Positions 23,521-36,800 of a DNA stretch of 64,000 bases are shown piece by piece. Both the position numbers and the translations under genes were made by a program. The stretch is from Narcine bancroftii (lineage: Eukaryota), in the NCBI RefSeq assembly GCF_036971445.1, contig NC_091471.1, positions 240,932,001 to 240,996,000 on the forward strand. The letters are read 5' to 3'. Position 1 is the stretch's first letter. Every line of letters starts with the position of its first letter. The notes under the pieces are model-generated. The model did not search any database. It had not been told where the DNA came from and saw nothing but the letters and a program-made list of their open reading frames with translations.

Positions 23521-26500
23521 AATTGCACATTGCTCTTTGTGGAATCTTGACGCACATTCAAAGGCTCTCATTTAACAATACATAAACATTTCAAAGACTG
23601 AGGATGAGGCCACGGTCCATCAGTTCTATGCTGGCTCCCAGCAAAACATTTCTATCAGTCCCAATGACCAGTTTTATTTTCCTGGAAATGCCCCTTAGCT
23701 ATTTATCTGCATTGGTATAATTTACAGTCGTAATTTAACCTGTCTTTATCATTGGGATGTGGAAGGAAATGAGCACCCCACAGAAGACAACCAAGTTGCA
23801 GATGGAATATAGAAACTTCACACAGACACATGGGTATAAATTGGGTGGCAAGGACTTGTGGGCTGAAATGGCCCTATTACAGTGCTGTATATCTAAATTT
23901 AAGTAGAGTCTTTTTTTAAGACACCGCCTCATGTAGATATCCTCAATAGAATGAAGTCTGATATCTGTGATGTTGGAGGCCTTTAACAGCCCTCTGGAAT
24001 TTATTCTTGTCCTGAGAGTTTGTGCCTCCATACCAGGCAGTGATGTAACCAGAAAGAATGCTCTCCACCTACACCTGTAGAAATTTATGAGGGTCTTCAG
24101 TGACATACTGAACCACCTCAGGCACCTGTATGGTATTTAATTGTGAATATTAGCCATTGAACGAATGTTCAAGCTATATCAGCTCATTTAGCTCCACGTT
24201 AAAGCATATCTTAGGATTTATGATTGGTAAGTCCTGTATTCCTTACTAATCAAGCTGGATTTGTTGCAGAAGTTCTCATTAGGTTTCCATTTAGAGTGAA
24301 AACCTCTTTAGTGAGGAGAAGAATACAGGTCGTGATCCGCTCTGAGAAAATTTCGGCCATTTTCCCATTCATGATATTTTTAAGTTTCACTAGTTGGATT
24401 TGTTCTGCTTGAGGAATTCCTTTTTTTTGGCTGAATCGTGTGATTATAGTTCTGTGCAAAATCTATAACTGGCTTTAACACTGGCCATGCAGTATATATG
24501 CACTGTTGAAGGCAATGATTTATAAAATCATTATAATTTAGAACATCTGGTAATATCTTTACCAGATGTTAGTGCTGGATAGTTTTATTGGGTGGAGTGA
24601 ATTTTGTGGTAAGAATGTATGGCTGAAATTAACTGAAATCTGTTTCAATATGCAAGATGGCCATGATAACAAAGTAGATAAAGTATGATCCAGGCTTTAA
24701 AGCCATATGAATTCTTAGTAGTTTTGAGGATATGATATAAAAGCCAAAAGAGAAGTGGAAGAAAGTACAATAGTTGTGGGATAATTGTCATAAAATGTTG
24801 TGTATAGACACTTTCTCTGCAATCAATTATAGATGACATATACCCTGATAAATTTCTCAGCAATGATGTCACATGGAATATAACTGATATTTTTCAGGAA
24901 AACAATTTCTAATGTTGGAAATATTGCTTTGTAAACTCAAGCCTGAAATTAGATTTGAAAATTTATAACAAAAACTTCAGATGATGGACATCTGAAATAA
25001 ATACAGAACATGCTGGAAATACTCATTGGGTCAGGAATCATTTTTGTTCCAAGAGAAACAGTTAATATTTTGAGTTATTAATGAATACAGGTAGATAGGG
25101 TACTGAAAAAAGATGTTTATGATATCATATTAAAAACATTTTACAAGGCGTTGTTAGGATTGCACCTGGAATATTGTCTGCAGTTCTGGTCACCATGCTA
25201 TATGAAGGATGTGATTAAGCCAGAGCAGATGCAGAAAAGGTTGAGAAGCAGGACAGGAGGGTTTGAGATATAGTGATAGACTGGGATTATTTTCCCTGAA
25301 GCAAAAATCACGTTTATTGTCATCTGATTGTGCAAGTACAACCTGACGAAACAGGGTTCTCTGGTCCTCTGTGGAAAACACCTAGACACACAGCCAGTCA
25401 TAACACACATATGGACTAACAAGACATATGCAGGACAAGTATTCCTATGTACAAATAAATAAATAAGTATTGCTTTATGAATATAAGGGTCTCGGATGGT
25501 TAGTGGTCCTTTTGGTTCTTTTGGTCGTTCAGCATTCTCACTGCCTGTGGGAAGAGGTTGAGGGGTGACCTTTAGTAAATCATGAGGTTAGGGAAGGCTA
25601 AAACTAGAGGACATAGGTGAGGGGAAAGATTCAAAGGGGACCCAAAGAGCAAGCTTTTCACACAGAAAACTGGCGATGTGGTAAGAGTTGCCAGAAGAAG
25701 TGCTATAAACAATGTAATGACATTATTTATTTCCCCAAAGATAACTTTATTCACAATTAATTATTTACAAAAGAAACCTCATTCAAAGTACTTTCACATC
25801 CTTAATGTCATATCTATGCATTTCCATCACTGTATGTTATTATTTTCATTCTCTTTTTAGCACCATTGTCACCACTGTAGCCCCTTGTCATTACTCTCCC
25901 TTCTGTTGTTTGAGGGGCTTCCCCTCTGTCACAGCCTCCCAATGCCCAATAACAGAAGGACTCGAGATGGTGATCCTTCTTCACAGCGCCCTCGCGTTGG
26001 CTGCACAAAGCCTCAGTGCGCCCCCTGTACACACTCCTGCAACATGGAATGTGTCAATCGACAGTATTCCCTCACTGATATCTTGGAATACTAGAAGACC
26101 AACAAATTTTTGGCAGACCATAGGACATTTTTCACTACTGCCAACCTGGCCAAGTCCTGGTACTTGTTTGTGAGCACTGGTGTTGAAGCATTCCACCAGA
26201 TGACCTGGAAAATCTACTCACACCCAGAGTATCGATATTTGGAGACTAATTCGTGGATGAAAGAATTTAGAAATGGTGTAAATGCTGGCAAAGGGAATAC
26301 GTGTATTAGGATGTCGCCTGGATTGGAGATTATAAGCAATATGGAAAGTTTGGATCAACTTTTTTTAAAGTAAAAATTTAATTTAGAAAACAACTTGAAT
26401 TGTTTTCTCTGGAGCATCAGAGAAGTATAAAAATTTATGAGAGGCATAGATGATCTTTCTCCCAGGGTGGATTTGTAAATTTAAAGTGAGGGGTTTTCGT

Positions 26501-27012
26501 TTAAAGGAAAAATATATGAGACTATTTTTGTAATGCAGAGGGGTAGGTACCTCGAACATGCTGCCAGTGGAACTATAAAAGCAGAAATGGTAACAATATT
26601 TAAGAACCATTCAGACAGGCTCGTGAATAGGCAGGGAATAGAGGTATGCAGATCAATTTCACCAGATTAAATTGGGTTGGTTTCACAGATATGGACAGAG
26701 GGTCTGTTTTTGTTCTGTTCTGTTGAAGAGTTTATAGAATTGCATTTCAAATCGCACAGGTCAGTATGAATGCAGGATGGTGGGACTCATCAATTGCCAG
26801 TAATTTCAGCATGTTTGTTTTTGCATGGGTTTAAGTCGTTATTTTTCAATTTTATTTTAGTACATTGTGTGAGAAATATTCCCAAGTTCTGGGCACAGCA
26901 TGATGGTTGTAACAAATTGTAATTTGGAAACTTCAAAGATGTTTTAAAATCTCAAACAGTATGGCTGCAGATTTCTAAGTTGACTCGAAACTACTTACTT
27001 CAAACAATATAG

Positions 27013-27256
27013 TGTAGCGGCTGCTACAACCCAAACACACCACTGAACTTGATGGGGGGTTTCAGTTAAACTGTTTATTTGAATTTCGCGCACGCCCCTT
27101 TAAGGCCAATGCCCGCCCCACGCAGCGGTGACGTCACCACATTGCCCGGGCGCGAGCTATGGCCTAAGCCACGAGGCAAGAGCAAGCCCTGACGACGCCA
27201 TCTTTCTGCAGCTGGCCCACCAGCACGGTGGTACAAGTGGGGCTGGTTTACTCACA
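27013..27256 (-). mobile_element. Probable solo LTR (CpG-rich, TG...CA)
   Basis: TGTAGC...CTCACA termini, minus-strand AATAAA near 27074, sharp GC/CpG enrichment; no TSD found. Confidence 0.55.
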
Positions 27257-27862
27257 GCGATGTGCAACATTGGTGAAATAATTGTTTGCTTTGAATTCAA
27301 AATCTTTGAAAACACCTTTATAGTTTTAAAAGGTGCTGATTGGTGTTAAAGTGTTCTTGTTTCCTTTATATGATTGATTACAAAATATTTATGTTCCTTG
27401 TATCAGCTATGCTGTTGGACATTACCATTAAACCCTGGGGAGTAAAAAATTTTATGACTGCTCAATATGTGATGATTATTTTAATCTTCAGAATTTCTGC
27501 TGAAGTAAACAGAACTCTTAAAATCCTATAATCAAAAGTTTTCAATTCCCTCAATGCCAATACTGAATTCAATGGTTAACAGTCAGTTTCCACATACCAT
27601 AATTGCATTTATGTTGCTAAGTTTAAGCTGTTGTATAAAATCAGTCATTGTAATGCAAAATAAATATATAAACTTAGCCACTGTTAGTTTTAATGAAGGG
27701 TTCCAGTTGGAATTATTACACTTGCTCATTATTTCAATTTCTGGTAGCTTTCTTTTCATTCTCTCTTTATTTTAATCCTTGGGTGGTTTTTATTTGTATA
27801 CTGCACTTGTTGCGATAGACATTATTTTTAGATTTTGTTGTTTTGCAGAAAATACATGAGCC

Positions 27863-27893
27863 ATGAGTAAACGTAAAAAGTCTGCTTCTGCAA
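27863..27893 (+). CDS. brme1: brme1 first coding exon (MSKRKKSASA); exon begins at 27849
   Basis: ttttgcag acceptor, gccATG, A|gtaagt donor. Confidence 0.82.
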
Positions 27894-30800
27894 GTAAGTA
27901 TTAAGCTTGTATTATCAGAGTTGCAAATTATTTCAGGTATAAATCATTAAAAAAAGAATTAACCTAAATTGTTGACGATTGTTAAATAGTCTTTAGTGGC
28001 TGTCTGTGGGCCCAGAATTTAAATATATATTGTTCTTATGACAATTTTAAATACAGTGCAATAAAAGAGAAAAAGTGAGGTGGTGTACTCATGAGTAAAC
28101 TGACAAACCTTTTCATTCTTGTTCTGCATATTTAACAAAGCTCTTATTTCTTGCAGAATAATCCAATTTTTATAACCCTCATTCTCTTTCCTAAATATAC
28201 ATGTTGAAGCTGGCGTTCTATATTGGTTGGATAAGTTATAGATGTCAAAGAGGATGTTCTAATCAACAGAAAGAGAAATAACTTGTTTGAGATATCCCAC
28301 ACACGCTTACGTACACTAAATTTAAGAACCTTTACCCTGCTATTGAGGAATCTGGAGTAATTTAGGGTACATCCTTCATGATTACCTAATATAAATATTC
28401 TGAGAAATGCAAAAATTAATGAATCTTGGACATCTACAATTAAAAAAAGTAACACAAATCAAGTAATGTGTTCTGGAGTAATGTTTAACATAATAATGTT
28501 TTATCCTAATCAATTTTTAATGTAATTTAATTCTTTAAAATGTAATTTAGATATACAGCATGGTAATAGGCCCTTTAGCCCAAAAACCTGTGCCGCCCAA
28601 ATACACCCAATTAATCTATAACCCCATCCCCCCATATATATTCAAGGGTGGGAGGAAACCGGACACCCCAAGGAAACCCACAGAGTCTCGTGGAGAGGGT
28701 ACAAACTCCTTACAGCCATCACTGTACTCAAACCGGGTGGATGGCGCTGTAATATTCTGTGCAAAGTCAAGGGAGGGAAGTTTAGGGGAGACATCAGGGG
28801 TAGGATTTTTAAACATTAAATGTACCTGGAATGTATTGCCAGGGGTGGTGATGGAGGATGGAACATTAGGGGCATTTAAGAAACTCTTAGATAGGCACAA
28901 AATGAAAGAAAGAGGTATACAAGTTAGGGAGGGTTTCTTTTTTTTTAGGTAGGTATTTATAGGCTGGCTCAACATCAACACCAAAGGGTCTGTACTGTGT
29001 TGTAATGCCACCCTCTTTTTACCTTTATAGCATTCTGCTTAACTTTATTTTGTGGCTACTTTTAAATTAAATCCTCATTTTGAGAACACCTTTCAGAGAA
29101 TTAAAACAGTCTTTCTTCAAGTTCCATCAGAAAGAGTGATGAATATTTAAGTACACCTCTTTCATTCCTTCATAGTTAAAGGAAAGGTAGATGGAGCATT
29201 GTTATCTGTTGAAAGAACGCTGCAAAAGAAACATTTTCAACCTGGTGAGGAGCAGAATGGAGACACCGTAGAAGCAGAATGCAAGACCATGACTGAAAGG
29301 CAAGGTACAGAAGACATTGCCATGAAACCAGGAGAGGATGAAGAACCAGTAACCATAAGTCACAACATAGAGTGTAAAAGACAAAGGTGAAGCATTGTTC
29401 TCTCTGCTCAGATCCTTAGTGGGATAACTTTTTCAGCGTCTTTTAAAATTTGTCTTTGATTATGATATGAGAAACATGCAGGAAATGAGAAACTTAAAAG
29501 GTGAAATTCTGGGAATACATAGTTTGTCCCTGTCAGGGTTAAAGCAAGGTTAGCAGGCATGGAGAACCTTGGTTTTTGAGGGTTATTGGGGATCTGGTTT
29601 GGAAGAAGAGTGAGGTCTATAGCAGGTATTAGCAACATGGAGCAAATGAGGTACTTGAGTATAAACAATACAAGAAAAACCTCAAGAAAGAATCAGGAAG
29701 ACAAAATAAAGATATGAGGTTGCTTTGGCAGACAATGTGAAGAAAACTCCTAAGGGTTTCCACAGGTATATTAAAAGCAAAAGGATATTAAGGGATATAA
29801 TTGGTCCTCTTGAAGATCAGAGGCTTTGTATGGAGCCAAAAGAGATGGGGGAGATCTTAAATGGTTTTTTTTAAATCAGTATTCACTCTGGAAACAGTTG
29901 TGGGAAGAAAGGAAAATGAGCAGTGATGTAGAACCTATATAGATTAAAGAGGAGGAAGTGCTTGCTGTCTTAAAGCAAATAAGGGTGGTTAAATCCCCAG
30001 GGCCTAACAGGAGGGAAGCTAGTGTAGAAATTGCAGAGGCTCTGATAGAAATATTTAAAATGTCCTTAGGCATGGGTGTGGTGCTGGAGGATTGGAGGGT
30101 AGCTCATGTTGTTCTGTTGTTTAAAAAAGGCTCCAAAAGTAACCCTGGAAATTATAGGCCGGTGAGCCTGATATCAGTAGTAGGTAAATTCTTGAAAGGT
30201 ATTGTAAGAGATCGGATATACAATTATTTAGATAGCTAGAAACTGGTTAGGGATAGTCAACATGGCTTTGTGCCTGGTAGGTCATGTTTAACCATTCATT
30301 TTCAAGGAGGTTACCAGAAAAGTTGATGAAGGAAAACCTGTGGATATTGTCTAATTGAATTTTAGTAAGGCCTTTGACAAGTCCCACATGGGAGTTTAGT
30401 CAGGAAGGTTCAGTTGGTAGGTATTCATGGTGAAGCAGTGAACTGGATTCGACAATGGCTGGACAGGAGAAGCCTTAGAGTAATGTAGGATGATTGCTTC
30501 TCAGACTGGAGGCCTGTGATTAGTGGTGTGTGTCAGGGATCAGTGCTAGGATCATTGTTGTTTGTCATCTATATCAATGATCTGGATGATAATGTAATAA
30601 ATTGGATCAGCAAGTTTGCAGATGAAACTAAGATTGGTGGTGCTATGGACAGCAAAGAAGGTTTTGAAAACGTTTTGAAAACTTGCAGAGGGATCTGGGC
30701 CAGGTGGGAAAATCGTTTGAAAAATGGCAGATGGAATTTAATGCAGATAAGAATGAGGTGTTACATTTTGGAAGGACAAACCAAGAAAGGGCGTACACAG

Positions 30801-33800
30801 TGAATGGTAGGGCACTAGGAGTGCAGTAGAACAGAGGGACCTGAGAATATATAATTTCCTGAAAGTGGTGTCACAGGTGGATAAGGTTGTAAAGAATTTT
30901 TTTGGCATATTGGCCTTCATAAATCAATATATTAAGTACAGGAGCAGGGATGTTATATATTAAAGTTGTATAAGGCATTGGTGAGGCCAAATTTGGAGTG
31001 TTGTGTACAGTTTTAGACAGTTAACTACAGGAATGGTATCAATAAGATAGAAAGAGTGCAGAGAAGATTTACTAGGATGTTGTCTGGACTTCAGGAACTG
31101 AGTTACGGGGAAAAGTTTAACAAGTTAGAACTTTATTCCTTGGAATGCAGAAGAATGAGGGGAGATTTGTTAGAGGTATTTAAAATTATGAGGGGGATAG
31201 ACTTTTTCCATTGAGTGTAGATAGGATACAAACCAGAGGAGATGGGTTAAGAGTGAAAGGGGAAAAGTTTAGGGGGAACATCTTCACATAGAGAGTGGGA
31301 GTGTGGATTGAGCTGCCAGCTGAGGTAATGAATGCAGGCTCAATTTTAACATTTAAGAAGAATTTGGACAGATACCTGGATGGGAGAGGAATGGAGGGCT
31401 ATGGACTGGGTGCAGATCAGTGTTACTAGGCAAAAAAAAATGGTTCGGCACAGACTAGAAGGGCCGAAGGGGCCTGTATGATAGTACAGATTCTATCACC
31501 AATGTGTATATGTACAAATGGTAGTGTAGGATGACTGTAATTAGCTGAGAGTGTAGCCACACCTACTGGCAGGTCTTAAAGGATTGCTCCTAGTCAGACC
31601 AGGTCATTCTGGACATACTTGTGATATGCTCCAGTCTTTTAGTTAATAAAAGCCTTGGTTTGGATCAACAAGTCTTTGGTTCTTTCGAAATGCATTACAG
31701 CCTGTTTCTGTGCTGTAGTGTTCTATGGTTCCACTTGAAAGTAGCTAATGTGAGGCACAGCTTGCATTATCAGTTTCCATCAGTTTGTAAAAGGATTAAG
31801 AAGCAGATGCTGGGTAGCAGATTGGTTGCTTTCACAAGTTCTCTCAACTCGTCTGCCACCTCAGTTGACATCTGCTGCCTTAACAATGACTTTTGTTTTG
31901 ATCCCTGAATTGCATCAATTACCGTAGTCTTGTTAAATGCATTATTTATGAATTGATCACTGGGAGGAAAATACAGTTTTTGAAGCATCTGTACTTCTGC
32001 ATGTCATTGGCAAATGTTAATTCTCGCAACTTTTTCAGATGGTGGCTACTTTTCAGAATCAGAATTTATTGTCATGAACAAGTCATGAAATTCGATGGTT
32101 TGCAGCAGCGTCACAGGGCAAACATTCAGATTATAACCGTCTTACAACATTACTATAAAAATAATAGTGCACAAAAAGTGAGGCCGTGTGTTTGGTTCAT
32201 GGATCATTCAGCAATCTGATGGCAATGGGGAAGAAGCTGTCCTTGCGCCATGAGTGTTCATCTTTAGGTTCCTGTACTTTTTTTCCTGATGGTAGCAGAG
32301 TAAAGAGGGCACAGCCTGGGTGGTAGGGGTCTTTGAGTATAGAAGTTGCTTTTTAAGACACCACCTCATGGAGATGTCCTCGATGGAGTGAAATCTGGTG
32401 CCTGTAATGTCACAGGCCAAGTTAACAACCCTCTGGAGTTTATTCTTTCCTGAGAATTGGTGCCTCCATTCCAGGCATTGGATCAACCAGCCAGATTGCT
32501 TTCCACGGTATGCCTGTAGAAATTTACGAGAGTCTTTGGTGACACACCAAACTCCTCCGACACCTCACAAAGTATAGTCGCTGGTGATTGGTGATTCTTT
32601 GTGATTGGTTCAACGTGGAGGCTTCAGGACAGATCCTTAGAGATGTTGACACCCAGGAATTTGAAGTTCTTAACCCTCTCCACTACTCATCCCTTTGATG
32701 AAGACTAGGTCGTGTTCCCCAACTTCCTCCAAAGTCCACAATCAAGGTTGTTGTCATTTCACCATTCAATGAGCTGATCTATCTCTCTCCTACACGTTTC
32801 CTCATTTCTGTTTGTGATTCTACTGACAACTGTAATGTCATCGGCAAACTTGTAGATAGCATTGGAATTGTACCTGGCCACAAAGTCATGGGTTTATAAT
32901 GAGTAGAGCAGTGGGCTAACCTGTTTTGATCATCATTGAGGAGGATACATTTTCATTTCGTACAGACTATGGTCTTCCGATGAGAAAGTCAAGGATCCAG
33001 TTGCAGAGAGGAGTACAGAGGCCTAGATTTTGAGCAGCACTGAGGGAATAATGGTATTGAAGGCCGATCTGTAGTCGATGAAGAGCAGCCAAATGTATGA
33101 ATTGCTGTTTTTGAGGTGATCCAGAGCTCAATAGTTCTGCAGTGTACCTTGATAGGAATTGGTTGAAAAAATGTTAGTTAGTGTATGAAAATCTTAAATG
33201 GTAGCACAGTTAGTGTAGCTGTTAGCACAACGCTGTTACAGTATCAGTGACACGGGTTCGAATCCAGCACTATCTGTAAGAAGTTTGTACAGTCTCCCCA
33301 CATCAGCACAGGCTTCCTCCGGATGCTCTTGTTTTCATCCCACAGGGGTTGTAGGCTAATTGGGGTATTGGGCAGAATTGGGTTGTGGACTGTGCTGTAT
33401 GTTTAAATTATTAAATTAAAGACATAAACTGCCTTTAACCCATGCATCTGCAGATTTCTTGTTTACCACCATAACCAACACTTATTGTGAAAGACTCCAG
33501 ACACAAAAATTCCATAAGCGCTGACTGACCATTTCTACCCATGCACACGGTCTGACCTGCTCAGCTGCTCCAGAAATGTTTGCTTAAGATTCCAGCTGCA
33601 GTTTTGGTGTTTACCAACTTGATGTTTTATGCTTATCTCTGAATAGATGACACTTTATATTATCTTACCTGGAGAAAGATTGATAAAAGACTAATGTATA
33701 TTGCTCAGAATTGCTTCTTGTATCATACACTTTTAATTAGATTTATATTTTGCTATTTTCTTACTCTTTTAGAACTGAACTGATTGTACCAGCTGTGGAG

Positions 33801-36800
33801 GAAAAAGACTGCAGAGTGAATGGATCTCAGGAAGAAGAACATTTGTCACTTCCACTTTCTCAGGTTTGTTAAAATTAAAACACATTGGGTTTTTTGGAAT
33901 TTAATGGGGTAGAAGTTGATACTCAATTTTGTGTAATCAATGGATATTGGCTTCAGTAGAATTTTGGAATCATTTGCTCTGTCCATGCACTGCCAATTGA
34001 GGACAAATTTATACTTCATTTTAATAGATTATGTTTATTCCTTTTCAAGCTCCATATAAAGGACATACACGGTAAATGGTAAAGCACTGAGGACTGCAGT
34101 AGAACAGAGAGATTTGGGAATACAGGTACACAATTCCCTGAAAGAGGTGTCAGTTAGATAGGGTTGTAAAGAGAGCTTTTGCCATATTGGCCTCTATAAA
34201 TCAAAGTACTGAGTATAGGAGTTGGAATGTTATAGTAAAGTTGTATAAGACATTGGTGAGGCCATATTTGGAGTATTGTGTGCAGTTTTGGTCACCTAAC
34301 TACAGGAAAGATATCAATAAGATAGAAAGAGTACAGAGAAGATTTACTGGGATGTTGCCCAGACTTCAGGAACTGAGTTACAGGGAAAAGTTAAACAGAT
34401 TGGGACTTTATTCCCCAGAACGTGGAAGAATAAGGGGAGGTTTGATAAAATTATGCAGAGTATAGTTGGAATAAATGTAGGTAGGCTTTTTCTACTGAGG
34501 GTAGGTGAGGACATAGGTCAATGGTGAAAGGGGAAAAGTTGAGGGGAGCTTGAGGGGGAACTTCTTCACACAGACAGTGGTGGGAATGTGGAACAAGTTG
34601 CCAGCTGAAATGGTGCATGCAGACTCAATTTTAAGAATTTGGACAGGCATGGATGGGAGAGATATGGAGGGCTATGGACTGGGTGCAGGTCAGTGGGACT
34701 AGGCAGAAAAATGGATTGGCACAGACTTGAAGGGCCAAAGGGCTTGTTCTGTCCAGTAATGTTCTATGATTCTCTGTCTTCCTCACATCTTGCTCACAGG
34801 CAAATCTAGCATAAGTACATTGAGCCCCTTCAAACAAATCATCAGTGTTGATTATAAATTTTTGTGGCTCCTACACTGATCTTGCATATATATGGTAAAA
34901 TATAAAATAAATATTCTATCAAATATCATTTTGGCTTTATTTCATTCAATTTTGAAATTTGCACCATAGAATTCAGCTGGAAAATATGTTCCGGTCTTTC
35001 AAAAGCCAAAAAATCAACGTTGTCGCAGAGATTCTTGGAAGAATTCTATTGTGAACACAAACAAAGAGGTATTATGTAGCATTTTATTTATGGGATGGTA
35101 ATATAATACTAGCTGCAGTATCATTTTTTTGTAATAAATATTGTCAATTAACTACTAAATTACAGATAAGAGTTTATATTTCTTTATTATTAGAAAAAGA
35201 CTGTGAATATTTTCTTTCTTCCTTGTTTTGTGGTGTGGTGTTACTTTATTGGTACCAATTTTTCTTCCAAATGACCTTATTTTATTGCATAAGCCCGAAA
35301 AGAAATAGCAATGGTTGTTTGACTCTGGAAGGCAACATAACAGCATGTCCCTGCCTCCATCAACATTTATGTGCACAGACCATGACAGGGGTTATAGGAT
35401 GAAAATTGAAAATCTGTCTTTCAGGCCACCAATATGAACAGTTAGCTCTTTTTTTTTCTCTCCATGTCTGCTGTCTGATCTCCTGAGTAGATAGTTTTTT
35501 TTTTCTTTTTTATTCCATCCTTCAGTTCAATGCCTTCCATTGAGATTGGAAATGTTAGCATTGACCGAAAATTGAATCTCATTTAGTGCATGAGAATAAA
35601 TGAGAGATTGTCCTTACAATCTGTCCGAGTGATACACCGCTGCAGTCTCCTACGACTCCAGTGATTATTGCAGTTTACTGGTTGGCCTGTCAAATATTTT
35701 TGTTTACTGCATCTTAGAATTATGATATACTCCCTGGGAGAGATCATTAGACTATTTTCTGAAGGTGACAATTCTGTAATTGTAAATTCTATTATTGTAT
35801 CCCTTTTGTGTAAAATAGCAGATGAACCGTAAGGATCAATGATTGTGTGCTCATGAAGGACAACAATATAAAACAAAGAATGATGTATTTCAGTAACAGT
35901 AAGCAAATAAATGAGTTAGACATGTCCTTATTTACTTTCTCTGCATTACTTAAGAGTTCAAACATAATTAAAACAGAAGGTGACGATCGTTCTCATAATG
36001 TGGTTCTTGAGTGTTCAGAATTCTGCCAAGTGCAGATATTCCAACAGACTACAGAACAAGTTGCCTTTCAATCAAGTCATCTAGATTCTGAAGTGTCTAA
36101 GGATGAGCAGCAGGAGACTTTGGCAGATAAGGATTGCGTTCAACAAGGGAGCAGTAACTGTGTATCGCTTTCAGGAATCCAACTGGGAACAGACTTTATG
36201 GACAGAGCTGGAGAAGGGTTGGCATGCTACTCAGACCCTATAAAATCTGCTGTTAATGAAGTAAGGAATAAAAGCAGCACACTGGACAACCTTCAATGTG
36301 AAATGGGTGTGCTTTGCAGCACTCCAATCCCAGTGGCTCATAATACAGTATTAGAACCACCACTAACTCAATCAGAGCTCAAAACACTGACTTTAAGCTC
36401 CTGTTTCTCTGATGCTGAGCCGAACAATGAGCTGATGCATCATTCCTTTTACCAGGAAATAATTGACAAAGTGCCAGTCACCCCTGAGGAATTGGCAGTA
36501 TCTCAACGTGAACCTGCAGAACACTCCACAGCAACAAAGGAGAATGCAGACAATGTAGAAGACAGTGTGCAAACTCCTGGGGTGTTAATGGACTTCAGTT
36601 ATAGAGAGAAGACTCCAAATGTAGTCTGTGAAAAGATGAAAGTGAAACTGTTTGTCCAAATGAATCTAAGCACAGATCTGTTTGCACAGAGTGACACGAA
36701 AGAGACTTGTTCACAACCTGCTGACCTGTCACTTGATACCAATGCTGAAAATCAGCGGGGAAACTATCATTTTAATTCTCAGTCTAACAAAATAGATGAA

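Noticed and set aside
33200-33270. tRNA gene
   Set aside because: The A/B-box-like head runs straight into the SINE core and no full cloverleaf is evident.
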